A stretch of 64,000 nucleotides of DNA, from positions 932,001 through 996,000 of the forward strand of contig CM119373.1 of the NCBI GenBank assembly GCA_051294905.1. Reading direction: 5' to 3'. Origin of the DNA: Botryllus schlosseri (taxonomy: Eukaryota). The position numbers and the translations under genes were made by a program. The first letter of the stretch is position 1. Each line of letters opens with the position of its first letter. Under the pieces are notes generated by a model. It saw only the letters and a list, made by a program, of their open reading frames with translations, was not told the DNA's origin and made no database searches. Positions 10,991 to 22,036 of the stretch are shown here, one piece after another.

Positions 10991-13900
10991 CGCCCTTATC
11001 GTCATAGCACACAATGAAACCAGAAAGTTAGCAATCCTTACATATAGTTTGATGGTATGGAAGGTCATGATTGTTGATGAGAGAATTCTCCAATACGAAA
11101 TTCAGACTATACATCGAGCAATAACCATAAAACGGAGGTGAATCAGGCCAAGCGCGGAAAAGATTTCAGTTCAATGAAGCGTCGCGCCCCGGTCAGATGC
11201 TTTCACGCCGCCCAAGGGGGCACGCCCCCAGTTTGAGAACCACTGGTTTAGCCTATATTGTAATTCACAAGGTTTTCTGTTGCTACTGAAGTATGGGAAA
11301 CAGTTTAGCGTGATTGAATTATCTAGTTATAACGCAGCACGCATAGAACACCATTGTAAATAGGCTAATCATTACATGTGGTGACTCTTTACTAAGGCCT
11401 TAAGGCCCCTCCTCGTTATCCTGGTTCGTACCGGATTTTCACTGGTGCGACGAATGATTGATTACAGTAAATGATTATTTTATGTTGTGATTGTCAGGTG
11501 TCCATGAAAATGTAATTGAGATTGTAGTTGAGCAAAATTTTGATCAAATTACAATTACACTAAATAGAAATGCTTAAATTACAATTAGGCTACATGAAAA
11601 AATGTAATTAATTACATTTAGCTCAATTACAAATTACAATTGATCCAACTCTGGTTGCTATCTCAGCTTTATTATTGAAAGGCGAGTCAACAAACCCGAT
11701 CAGTCTGCCATCTCTCACAACTAACTTTTCACCATCTCTCACAACTAACTTTTCACGAACTGTCAAAGACGAAGGAAGTTTTAATTGCTGTGCCTAATTT
11801 CATCATAAAAAAATTGATGCCAACTTTTCATTTCATCAAGCGTGATATAAGCCGGAAGAGACTTATGCTCTTCCATGACCTCCTCAATTTATTTGATGGC
11901 AATCATGTTAATTCCGGGAGTAGGCTTGATCTTATTCCTGTGGATAAATCTACTTTTGAACACATCATCGAGTAGCATAAATAAGCGTTACCGAAAACGT
12001 TGGATTGTCCTTGACGTTGGCAATACCAAGAAACCACTTTCTTGGACGAATTTGTATTGCAGCAATTAGAGCTTATTGTCTCTGGTGGTCTGTATAAAAG
12101 TACAGCTAACCAATCGTCTTGGTGCTCGGCTATACAATACTTAACTCGAGAAGCTGTTGCCTTGGGTGAAGTTCTTCGTATCAGATATATGCTCAATACA
12201 ACCGGTTTATTCAGACGTTTGCAGTAGTTGCGTATAGAGTCTCAATCAAAAGTAATCTCTAAGACGTGTTACATACACTCATATAGAGTCTCAAGACATC
12301 AAAACAAGAAGTAGTTTCTTATTCGAGACATAGCGGAATATCATGGACGAGTGATCACAGCTGGATAGCTGCAGTATGCAGCTGGGGACCTGGAAAACAG
12401 CTCAACAGCCCATTGAATCACTTCAGTGGGGTATCTTCGAGCATTTCTGTGGGATGACATGTTTCTCGACTGAGCATTGGACTGAATCCTGGACTGAATC
12501 CTGAAATAATTATTAATTTACAAACAAAGCTGATCTGGAAGCAATCTGATCTGGAAGCAATAACACCACCTGCTGATCACATTCAATCTCATCAATTTCT
12601 TGTTCTTCGTGAGTACGGAAACTGCCCATTTGCATAAAATTACTACAAGCGATGCAAATGCCATCTGTGTCAAAACTGTTCCCTGAAAAGTTATTCATGT
12701 TGCATTGAAATTACCTCATGGATGGCCTACTGCCTGCATACATGCAAATCATCTGAACCAAATTATACTACTTCCCTAGTACATAACAAACAGATGACCT
12801 AAATACATCCTTGGCCACTACTCTGATCCCCATTCCATCGTATGTATGATTCACACAGCCTGTCATGCTGTCTGCAAGATCCTTGCATAAAGCAATCCTG
12901 TTAAGTTGATCTGAACAAAACAACTTTCAAGTTTTGCAATCATCATGATGAACTCGAACCATTACTACTCACCTAGAAATGAAGTCAGAGTACAGAATGA
13001 TAGCCGAGGAAGCTGTACTTTTTCTGGTTCTACTTGCCAGCCATAACATGAGATTGACTGCATCGTGACAGTCTCGTCTATTACAACTCCTTTTCAAAAA
13101 ATAAAAACTCGTAATTTCACGCACATCTTAGACTAAGCAGCCTAATACTACAACAAACCTCAATTCAGGTACTACTATGCTTTCAAACAATCCAGTTCTT
13201 TTCTGTATGACCAAATGATTATCCTCCTCAGTTATGAGCCAGCAATCTAGCAATTCATATAGGCGTTATAACAAGACGAGTAGGTACAGCAGCACAACAA
13301 AACTTTTAACCCTTGTAAATTTCTTTCAAGTATTTAGCAGCCGTTTTCACGGTTGTCAAAGAGGCGTTAACCTTTTTGGAGGAAGTTCTTTCCTAGGTGT
13401 AGGAGACTTCCTGTGGGGTTGGCAGCTAGAGGATGATTGTTTTGAAATAATTTTCGTTGGTAGAGCACCTAGACGGAGCTTGGTTGTCTTACCACCAGTA
13501 GTCCAAACTACGTCATCTTTAGCGAAGTGATGGTCGCAAATGGCAGCACTGCAATAATAAATACTATATATAATTCTGATAGCGTCAACTAGATCACCAA
13601 TAACCATGCCACATTAGGTCACATTTACACGCAACACTTGCTGATCGGGAAGCATCGACTTACGTTTCTTTATGTAACATATCTTTTGTAATATCTCCCC
13701 GAGTGTGGTCTCTGAGAGACAAGATGAAATTTGTCAACTTTTCCCGATGAGATCTCTCTTCAGCAGTCTTTGCAAATTGGGGTTGGCGGATTATGAATAA
13801 TGCACGCTTTTGTCTTGCTGGAACGTGACCAATTACAGCCCGGTATTGCACAGTGTGTTGGTGCCATCGTTAAATAGGTTACATACAGTGACTGGATTGA

Positions 13901-14069
13901 TTAGAAAACCAATGATTTTACTGCATGCTACCACTTCGCAAATGGACGTGATGTCGCAGAAAGTCCGATATCACGTGAAATACCATAAAACATTTCTAAC
14001 AATGTCTTGAATATTTTACGGATTGTTTACTGCCCCTTGCTTTGATTCTGCATAGATCTTACCGATTAG

Positions 14070-14388
14070 TCAGTGATTGTGAGACTACACTCGACGTCGC
14101 TGCATTGTACTAGCCAGTCTTCAGGATTACCGGACAACGACCTAACATCGACCTCGTCCTCCGCCATATACCACCCCATTTTGTCGCTTGCGTCTTATAT
14201 TCTCTGCATTACTTTTCATTCAGTGTGCATGCCTCTTATTTACTTCGCCTAGGCTAAGGTGGGTGTCTGATCTTAATGGCTACTCCAAGTTGTTTCGACA
14301 CTTTCCTATCTTTTCATTGTATCGCAGTCCTGTGATGTTTTGAAACGATGAAAATAATAGTAAACCCGATTGATTGATTGATTGATTG
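14070..14388 (+). repeat. CR1/L2 3'-UTR fragment with (GATT)n tail
   Basis: Aligns by eye with 14895-15173 and 21620-21878 (GATTACCGGAC..CATTCAGTGTGC..AGGTGGGTGTC..TTCATTGTATCGCA). Confidence 0.7.
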
Positions 14389-14599
14389 TACTCTGCACGA
14401 ACCTCAACAGCTATATTGACCACATATCAGCGAACTCAATAGGCAAAACCCTGGTAACAACCTTGAGCCATGAGCCTTATATGAAATGATTATTCTTCGT
14501 AAAACAACCAATCATTATCCACTGAATCCACAGCAAAATGAAGCCGTAGATTGCCACACACAAATCGCAATATATTATGGTTTCTAAATTTATCACACA

Positions 14600-15329
14600 G
14601 TTAACTGCCTGTCAAGTAACAATAATAATTCTTATCACTGCAGCATAACTTCATGCATATCAAGATATCTCCAATATTAGAAGGGATTTAAATCAGGCCA
14701 ACTCAAAAGCGCACAAGTACATCACGCGCGCGTCCACGTCGTCCAAATATCATATGATCGACCGAAAAAATCATCGCTCTATCAAATATGCCGGACCTGG
14801 TGTGTGGAACAGTATCCCGCCGGCCATCCGGCAGTCGACGAGCATGTCCACATTCAAGTCGAAATACAAGCAATTGCTACTAAATGAATCCCCAAGATTA
14901 CCGGACCACGACTGACCTATAGATCTCGCCTTCCATGACATGCCAACCCCATTTTTGTCGCTTGCTTTTTCTATAGGGCCTACTATCTTCTTTACTTTTC
15001 ATTCAGTGTGCAATTACTGTGCATGCCTCCTCTTTACATCGCCTGGGCCAAGGTGGTTGTCCGATTTCATAGACTACTCCAAGTCGCTTCGACACCTTCC
15101 TATCTTTCATTGTATAGCATTTCTGTGGTGCAGTGAACTGATAAAATTGCTAATAAACCAATGATGATGATGATGTGCATGCCTCCTCTTTACATCGCCT
15201 ATAGGCAAAGGTGGGTGTCCGATTTCATAGACTACTCCAAGACGCTTCGACACCTTCCCATCTTTCATTGTATCGCATTTCTGTGGTGTATTGAACTAAT
15301 AAAATTACTAATAAACCAATGATGATGAT
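14600..15329 (+). mobile_element. CR1/L2 LINE 3' end plus a tandem second 3' UTR, (ATG)n tails
   Basis: RSIKYAGPGVWNSIPPAIRQSTSMSTFKSKYK..stop, followed by UTR-AATAAA-(ATG)n twice (ending ~15173 and ~15329). The left boundary is approximate. Confidence 0.75.
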
Positions 15330-16111
15330 GAGAATAGCTACCCATTGCTCCCGTCGTTTATCCGTCCGTTGCTAAGTTTCTCAACTTTGACATTCAGAGT
15401 TATATATTTCAGCAGAAACTCTACCTATATAGTGCTCTGAGTGTAAAAGTAAGGAAATTCAATATAGGAGCGGGTTGACGACGGGAGTATAGGTGACCCA
15501 GGGGGTCGCCAACTCAAAACGGGTCGCGGGCCACTTTTCAAATCCGAGAGATCGCGGGCTTCAATATCTAGATAAAAATAGGCAACGCCGGGGCCTCGGT
15601 AACGCAGTTTATTAACCGCGTTTGGATAACTCTACGTCAGTACAACGCTGTGCTAACATGGGCGACGGGCATAGTTACCACAGAAGAAATAATATGTTAT
15701 TGAAGAAATACAAATACAACAAAAATTATGATCATCACTTCATTCTATTTTGAACTATGAGCTGGGCACGATACCTGACAAAACTTTTCAGCAACAAAAG
15801 CACGAATGGCCGATCTTTTTGCTATTCCCGGCTGCATTTCGATTACTTGTAGTCTGGTCGCATTCACATGCATAGTCGCAACGAACTAGTTGAAGGCGAA
15901 ATACCCCCGTCGAACTGTCCATATCGATAATTGTTTAATGTCCATTGCCAGTGAACTCCGGACTAATCCAATGAATTTCCTTACTTTGACATTCAGAGCA
16001 CTATCGGTAGAGTTTCTGCTCTTTATTAAAAAAAAATATAACTCTGAATGTAAAAGTTGAGGAATTTAGCAACGGACGGGTAAACGGCGGTAGCAATGGG
16101 TAGCTATTCTC
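15330..16111. mobile_element. MITE with long (>80 bp) TIRs, GAGAATAGC ends
   Basis: GAGAATAGCTACCCATTGCT..CGTCCGTTGCTAA is inverted at ~16030-16111; flanked by AT on both sides. Superfamily uncertain. Confidence 0.75.
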
Positions 16112-17471
16112 ATTAATATGTACCCAAGGAACAGCTCTTGGTTTCAAATAGGTTCTTGGAAATTTACATATAGTCTTCAGGGATGGTGATGAATATAAGT
16201 TGAGCTGAACAAGGTGTGTTGAGTCAAAAAAGTATAGGAACCATCGGTTTACCATATTCCAAACTTAAGCATATCCATGTTCAAATGCAGTGTACTCTTG
16301 AGATTGCGATTGCTCCACCTTACAGTCAAAAAACCAAAATGAAAAAGCTAGGAAAAATTGTCTTTGTAACCAGCTTTCATATGATACCCTACTCGCTTGA
16401 ATATACTTATAAGGTTTTGCTCAATTCGCATTCTAAATTGTGTCACGCTTGACCGATTTCAGACCACCGACCAAGTTTCGCCTCAATTTAACCTTTATCA
16501 CTACACCGCATGGTATTCAATAACACATGGGAATATAGACCAATATACTAGCTATTCAGAAAACCCAGTGCCAAATCTCAACTGTAATCCAACATCTGTT
16601 TACATCTTTTTGAATTTTACATTGATAAACCTGAAGGCTGCAGAGCTGAAATGAGCAGAAAATCGTCAATTTTTCAAAATGACATAACTTTTGACCCCAG
16701 GGATCAATTTTCCTCAAATAAACTTTATTATGTTCGAAATTAACTAATCTATGCATGTACCAAATTTCAGAAGATTTGGGAATGTGGTGGTTCCAACTTT
16801 TGTTGTCCAGGTTGGGAATGGCCCTTTATCCCCATCAGTAGGGTCTCTCAATGTCAATATGAACTTCCTGGGAGCCTCTCTGTGAGCTCTCTCGGTCGGA
16901 CACTTTGCCAGATCAGCACGCAGGATGGTGAAAAGTTTCCTTCGCCGACTGGTTTGTCGACGTCGGCTCCAGTTGCATCCTGGTATCGTGTGCAGTGCGT
17001 TGAAGACATGATTTACACCTGACTGAGAATGAAAAAGTTGAAATTAGCAGCATAAATAAATGTAGAAAGTTTAAATATGTACCGTACTTTGTATGCAACC
17101 ACGAAGAATATGGACAGTTCTACATCACACTCAAGAAAACTTCCACTAAGCTTACTAGGCCTACTACATTTTTATATGCTTCAATGCGACCTATCAAGCT
17201 TTCTAGGTTCGTTGAAAATGATATGAAAACTGTAATTGTCGTTGTTAATATAACTGTCAGAGGAATGGAACATATAATTTCGGTACTCAGAAATATGATC
17301 TCTTACTATACTTTACTCGAATCGCTGACCTGACTAGTTGGAAAGTTGACTACGGACAGTGGTCACACGTTGATGCAACCTTTCAAATAATTTATTTGCA
17401 AAACTGTGTGAAAATAGTCTTATCATCAATTTGGTAACGTAGCAAAGTAGACCCCTTATATCAGTCTCAAC

Positions 17472-18216
17472 TTAATCCTCACCATTCATATCGCACACAC
17501 GGTGTACCATTGACTCATAAAACTGACCACTCAAGATATCATGGGTTACATTATCAAATTGGATATTCACAGCCGCTCTACTAGTTTCCTTTGCAAATTT
17601 CAGATATACATGCTGAACATAATACATGTACTCTTCAGATGGATATTTCAGTGACCCTGCCTTCCGCTCCATCATAAATAATAGGGATGATTGCCTAGGT
17701 AACTCATCAGAGTACAGAGTTTTCACAGCGATTAGTGGAAAGCGGCAAAATGCTTTCTTCAAAGTATAACCAGCAATGTACTCCAAGGCTTCATTTTCAA
17801 AGGCCTTTATCTCTCCACTAATCATTTTGTCTTCTTTTCCGTTGTTCATGGTGGCTATTTTTTTTTAAATATATCCAGCAATATTTTTGGTGGGCGGAAT
17901 GAGGTGTCTTGTACGAAGTACAACTTTGCATAGGTGCTTCCTTCGGATAATGATGGATTACAGTCGAGAGAGCCGGTGATTTGATGAATTCCATGATTAT
18001 TTCCGAAATTTTTTCTGTGCCGTAATCACTCAATGTTAGGGTGGAATCAACTTCGCTCAATACAGTTTGTGGGTTCGGATGTCCTACATTATCCGCACAG
18101 ACATCTCGGTTTGTCCTTTTTGGTAAAGTCTCGTCGTCCATATCCTCATAAAAACTCATGAACGAGTTTGTCCGTGAGAAAATCCCAGGAGAAATCATTA
18201 CAATCAGCAGTAGCAT
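17472..18216 (-). pseudogene. Frameshifted ORF with a P-element-type C-terminal motif (YIAGY..GSLKYPS)
   Basis: Overlapping ORFs 17818-18216 and 17472-17849; EALEYIAGYTLKK..RKAGSLKYPSEE resembles the YxAGY/GGLxxPS motif pair of P-type proteins. Confidence 0.5.
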
Positions 18217-18403
18217 CCATGTTGAAGCTATACCAGTATATCTGAAATAATAAACAATACGTATGTAATGGTATTTCTGAGTTGATAGATGATTACGGCT
18301 CTGGTAAAATCATCAGAAAGATCTTCAGAAGCCGCTATTTGCGTTCTGAATATTCCCGATTTCATGATACCATTCAGCAATAAATCCGGTAGTACTATAG
18401 TAT

Positions 18404-20687
18404 TGTGAAAACCCTGGTATTCGATTTGTAACAGTCCATAATTACATTGTTTCGTCACACTTGATTTGTTATACTCGCGCTTCCTTCGTAGAATCGCATG
18501 GAATGTTCGCTGAAGTTTTGGTAGACACGTGGTTTTTGGCTAGGGATGGAGCAGTAACGATTGTCTGTGTGTATTGTGTACTAGTGTACAGTACACTGGC
18601 GTATTTGGCTGTATTGAAGATTCGCCTTGGATTATGAAATTAAACTGATTTATATGGTCAACGGCTGGGCTCGTGTGTGTAACGTGTTAACAACCGTCCG
18701 TCGCCAGGAGAGGTTCCGGAACCCGAACACTCTGTTACGTCGTCCCCGCTAAGCAGTTATCGCCGAATCGGGGACGCTACAAAATTGGCGAGCACGCCAG
18801 GACCTCTTCTTAAAGTGACGGTTCGGTTGGAACGACATGGACTGGAAGACTGCCATGACGGAGCAGTGGCGTAGGGATGTTCTACAGAAGCTGTCGGACA
18901 AGGTACAGGCGTGCATTAACGGATACAATGAAAGGCTGCAGCGAGGGGACCAAGGGGCCGGAGTCACCGCTGGGATTGACCGTGTGCGCGACAGCCGGAC
19001 AGGGCTTCTTTCGGCTGGAACGAGCATTTCGAAGCGGAAATCAGAAGGCAAGAAGTCAGGCTTACCTGAGATTAAGACTGAGCAACAGAGCAGTGGCTGT
19101 CTTGACGACGCTGTGAGTGGGAGAGTAGACGCCCACTGGGATGGCACTGCTGCGGATGGACCTGCTTTGACGACACGAGCGTTATTGGCCGCGGAAGGCA
19201 AGGAGTCAGGCTTGCCTTGGACTGAGCAACAGAGCAGTGGCTGTCTTGATGACGCTGTGAGTGGGAGAGTAGACACTCACTGGGATGGCACTGCTGCTGT
19301 TGAGGCTGATTTGACAACACGTGTGTTACCGGCCACGGAAGGCATGGAGTCAGGCTTGCCTTGGACTGAGCTACAGAGTAGTGGCTGTCTTGATGACGCT
19401 GTGAGTGGGAGGGTAGACACCCACTGGGATGGCCCTACTGCTGTTGGAGCTGCTTTGGCGACGCGTGAGCTATCGGTCACGGAAAGCAAGGAGTCATGCT
19501 TGCCTTTGACTGAGCAGCAGGGTAGTGGCTACTGTGACGATGACGTGGGTGGGAGAGCGAACACCTACTGGGATGGCACTGCTGATGGAGTTGCGTCGAC
19601 GACATGCGCGATATTGGTCACGGAAGGCAAGGAGTCAAGCATGCCTGAGACTAAGCTGCCGTGTTCTGGCTGTCGTGACGACGAGGAAAGCAGGAAAACG
19701 GACATTTGCCGGGGTAACACTGCTGCGGACGGGATCGATTCGACGATACGGCCGGTTTTGGTCGTTGAGAGCAACGGTTCGTGTTTACCTGAGATCGAGC
19801 AGCAGGAGAATGATTGCCATAGTAATGCGGCTGCCGATGTTTTCTTCACTAAGCGTGAGAATAGTGTTGCGCTGAGTGCACGTGAGAGTTCAGCTGCCCA
19901 GGGATGTTGGAGCGAGCTGCGGAAATCCTTCGTCCCATTCGCGACCAACGGGATTTTTATTGAGTGTCTGAGGCTGACCATTCGGGGAGCGAGACAGACG
20001 ACGTCGAAGGAGCGAATCGGTGCAGTGACGTGAAGGAGTTGTAGAAATCGGACTGTGTGGGAATGACGAATTTGGAACGGACATTGTGGGAATGACGAAT
20101 TTGGAACGGACATTGTAGTTTAATCTTTTTTTTTTCTTTCGATTGAGTGGAACGAAGTGCTATACATTTGTATACTAGGCCTAATACTGTATGTGATTTG
20201 ATGAGCTAGCGATCACAACTGTCATTTGTAGGGTTGGTTAGTTGAGTAGATTTTGTGTGATTGAGATTTTTTTGTAGGGAAAATCCAATCAAGAAAGGTG
20301 AGGGTAGTGTGAAAACCCTGGTATTCGATTTGTAACTGTCCAGTAATTACATTGTGTCGTCACACTTGATTTGTTATACTCGCGCTTCCTTCGTAGAATC
20401 GCATGGAATGTTCGCTGAAGTTTTGGGTAGACACGTGGTTTTTGGCTAGGGATGGAGCAGTAACGATTGTCTGTGTGTATTGTGTACTAGTGTACAGTAC
20501 ACTGGCGTATTTGGCTGAATTGAAGATTCGCCTTGGATTATGAAATTAAACTGATTTATATGGTCAACGGCTGGGCTCGTGTGTGTAACGTGTTAACAAC
20601 CGTCCGTCGCCAGGAGAGGTTCCGGAACCCGAACACTCTGTTACGTCGTCCCCGCTAAGCAGTTATCGCCGAATCGGGGATGCTACA
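18404..20687 (+). mobile_element. Non-autonomous LTR retroelement (Gypsy-type cis signals)
   Basis: LTRs 18404-18781 and 20308-20687 (TG..CA; about 4 substitutions and 2 single-base indels between them); TSD GTAT; PBS TGGCGAGCACGCCAGG (tRNA-Arg(ACG)-like); PPT AAGAAAGGTGAGGGTAG at 20291-20307. Confidence 0.93.
18837..20033 (+). CDS. 398-aa orphan protein with ~5.5 tandem ~48-aa repeats, inside the LTR element
   Basis: Uninterrupted ATG..TGA ORF; repeat EGKESGLPWTEQQSSGCLDDAVSGRVDTHWDGTAA.. with a 144-nt period; no protease, RT, RNase H, integrase or CCHC motif seen. Confidence 0.65.
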   Translation: MDWKTAMTEQWRRDVLQKLSDKVQACINGYNERLQRGDQGAGVTAGIDRVRDSRTGLLSAGTSISKRKSEGKKSGLPEIKTEQQSSGCLDDAVSGRVDAHWDGTAADGPALTTRALLAAEGKESGLPWTEQQSSGCLDDAVSGRVDTHWDGTAAVEADLTTRVLPATEGMESGLPWTELQSSGCLDDAVSGRVDTHWDGPTAVGAALATRELSVTESKESCLPLTEQQGSGYCDDDVGGRANTYWDGTADGVASTTCAILVTEGKESSMPETKLPCSGCRDDEESRKTDICRGNTAADGIDSTIRPVLVVESNGSCLPEIEQQENDCHSNAAADVFFTKRENSVALSARESSAAQGCWSELRKSFVPFATNGIFIECLRLTIRGARQTTSKERIGAVT

Positions 20688-20865
20688 GTATGAATACTTA
20701 TTTACTCCCTGAAATTATCATACAAGTGTGGAATCGAAGTTGAAGTGAATTACAAGTGCTAATAACATCACCATATGTACATACTAAACTGCTGCACGAC
20801 GCCCGCTGAAGTGCTCAGCGTAACTGCTTGCGCAAGCGTGACGGCTGGGCCTGCGTAGTGCGTAT

Positions 20866-21323
20866 CAGAGTATAGATAACTAACCTACGTAGGTTAGTTA
20901 TCTATAATCAGAGATGAGCATGGATTAGGATTGAGTTTTGAAAAAACAGGATTTGTGAAATTTTGTCGGATTTGGATTGGATTTGACATTTTTTTTCATA
21001 ACGGATTAGGATTTGGATTGGATTTACCTATTTTCTGGGAGATTGAAATGTCGTGTGGCGAATGGCGACAAACTTTATTCAGATCAGTTATTAATGTACT
21101 TATGGTTACTAAGTTATCTTGAATCAAGTGAATCGTTGGTTATGAAAGAAAATTTTCGAATCCCTCCATTGCATAAATTGGTATTTTTCTGAATTTCCAT
21201 TTGAAATCGGATTAGGATTGGACATGGACTTGAATATGAAAAAGTTATGGATTAGGATTTGGATTAGAATTCGATGGTTTGGATTGGATTAGGACATATA
21301 AATTTCAAATCCGCTCATCTCTG
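20866..21323. mobile_element. hAT-type MITE (CAGAGATGAGC family)
   Basis: Same TIR as 2468-5595; TSD GTGCGTAT/CTGCGTAT (7/8); GGATT subterminal repeats; left TIR interrupted by the 36-bp palindrome. Confidence 0.8.
20871..20906. repeat. Perfect 36-bp palindrome flanked by a 7-bp duplication
   Basis: TATAGATAACTAACCTAC|GTAGGTTAGTTATCTATA, with ATCAGAG at 20864-20870 and 20907-20913. Confidence 0.9.
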
Positions 21324-21619
21324 CTGCGTATCTATCCGTAGGTTAGTAATCTATGATAGGTGGGTGTCCGATTCCATAGACAACTCCTAGTCGCTTCGAC
21401 ATCTTCCTTTCTCTTCATTGTATCGCATTTTTTGTGGTGTATTGAACTGATAAAATTGCTAATAAAACAATGATGATGATTATATCGTAAAGTATATTCG
21501 GAGCGTGAAATCACGTGACCATCGCGAGTGTCGGATCTACGGTTTACCTTAGTTATCTATAATCAAAACCCCACAACAGAATCATTTTATAGTGATTTCA
21601 AACGAATTCAGTCCATTCT

Positions 21620-21878
21620 CAAGATTACCGGACCACGACTGACCTATCGATCTCGCTTCCCATGACATGCCGCTCTATTTCTTGTCGCTTCCTTTTCCTG
21701 TACTATCTTCTTTACCCTCATTCAGTGTGCATGCCTCCTCTTTACATCGCCTAGGCCAAGGTGGGTGTCTGATTACATAGACAACTCCTAGTCGCTTCGA
21801 CATCTTCCTGTCTTTTCATTGTATCGCATTTTTGTGGTGTATTGAATTGATAAAATTGCTAATAAACCAATGATGATG
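21620..21878 (+). repeat. CR1/L2 3'-UTR fragment with (ATG)n tail
   Basis: Close match to 14895-15173; a shorter copy lies at ~21358-21480. Confidence 0.75.
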
Positions 21879-22036
21879 AAAAAAAAATCAGCAACGCCTA
21901 TATAAAATGAATGATTCCGGATTCTAGCGGGGGGACGGTGGATTTTGACCATATTCCCCGCGGTGGGTATCGCTATAGTTTCTTATGAATAGTCTTGCAG
22001 TGTGGTGGTGTCACTTTTCTCAATTTCACATATACG

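Larger units (their letters stand above)
8177..11653. mobile_element. Non-autonomous hAT-type element containing nested insertions
   Basis: TIRs CAGAGTTGGATCAATT / AATTGATCCAACTCTG; perfect TSD GTTGCTAT at 8169-8176 and 11654-11661; AATTAC subterminal repeats. Confidence 0.9.
7473..13867 (-). pseudogene. P-element (THAP9-like) transposase remnant, interrupted by later insertions
   Basis: THAP N-terminus MAPTHCAIPGC (~13867) and ICDHHF..LRLGALPT (~13540); RRYPTEVIQWAVELFSRSPAAY (~12440); ITLDEMK (~11840); IGFVD..IATHIL reading across the 8177-11653 insertion; FSIPLAWYPT..WELLYECEVRG..VVADG..NRSFFK (~8070-7920). Confidence 0.75.

Noticed and set aside
16120..16830. Kolobok-like element ending ..GGAATGGCCCT|TTA
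   Set aside because: Only one candidate end; no partner TIR or TTAA duplication.
18749..20113. Minus-strand ORFs within the LTR element
   Set aside because: Antisense shadows of the GC-rich repeat ORF.
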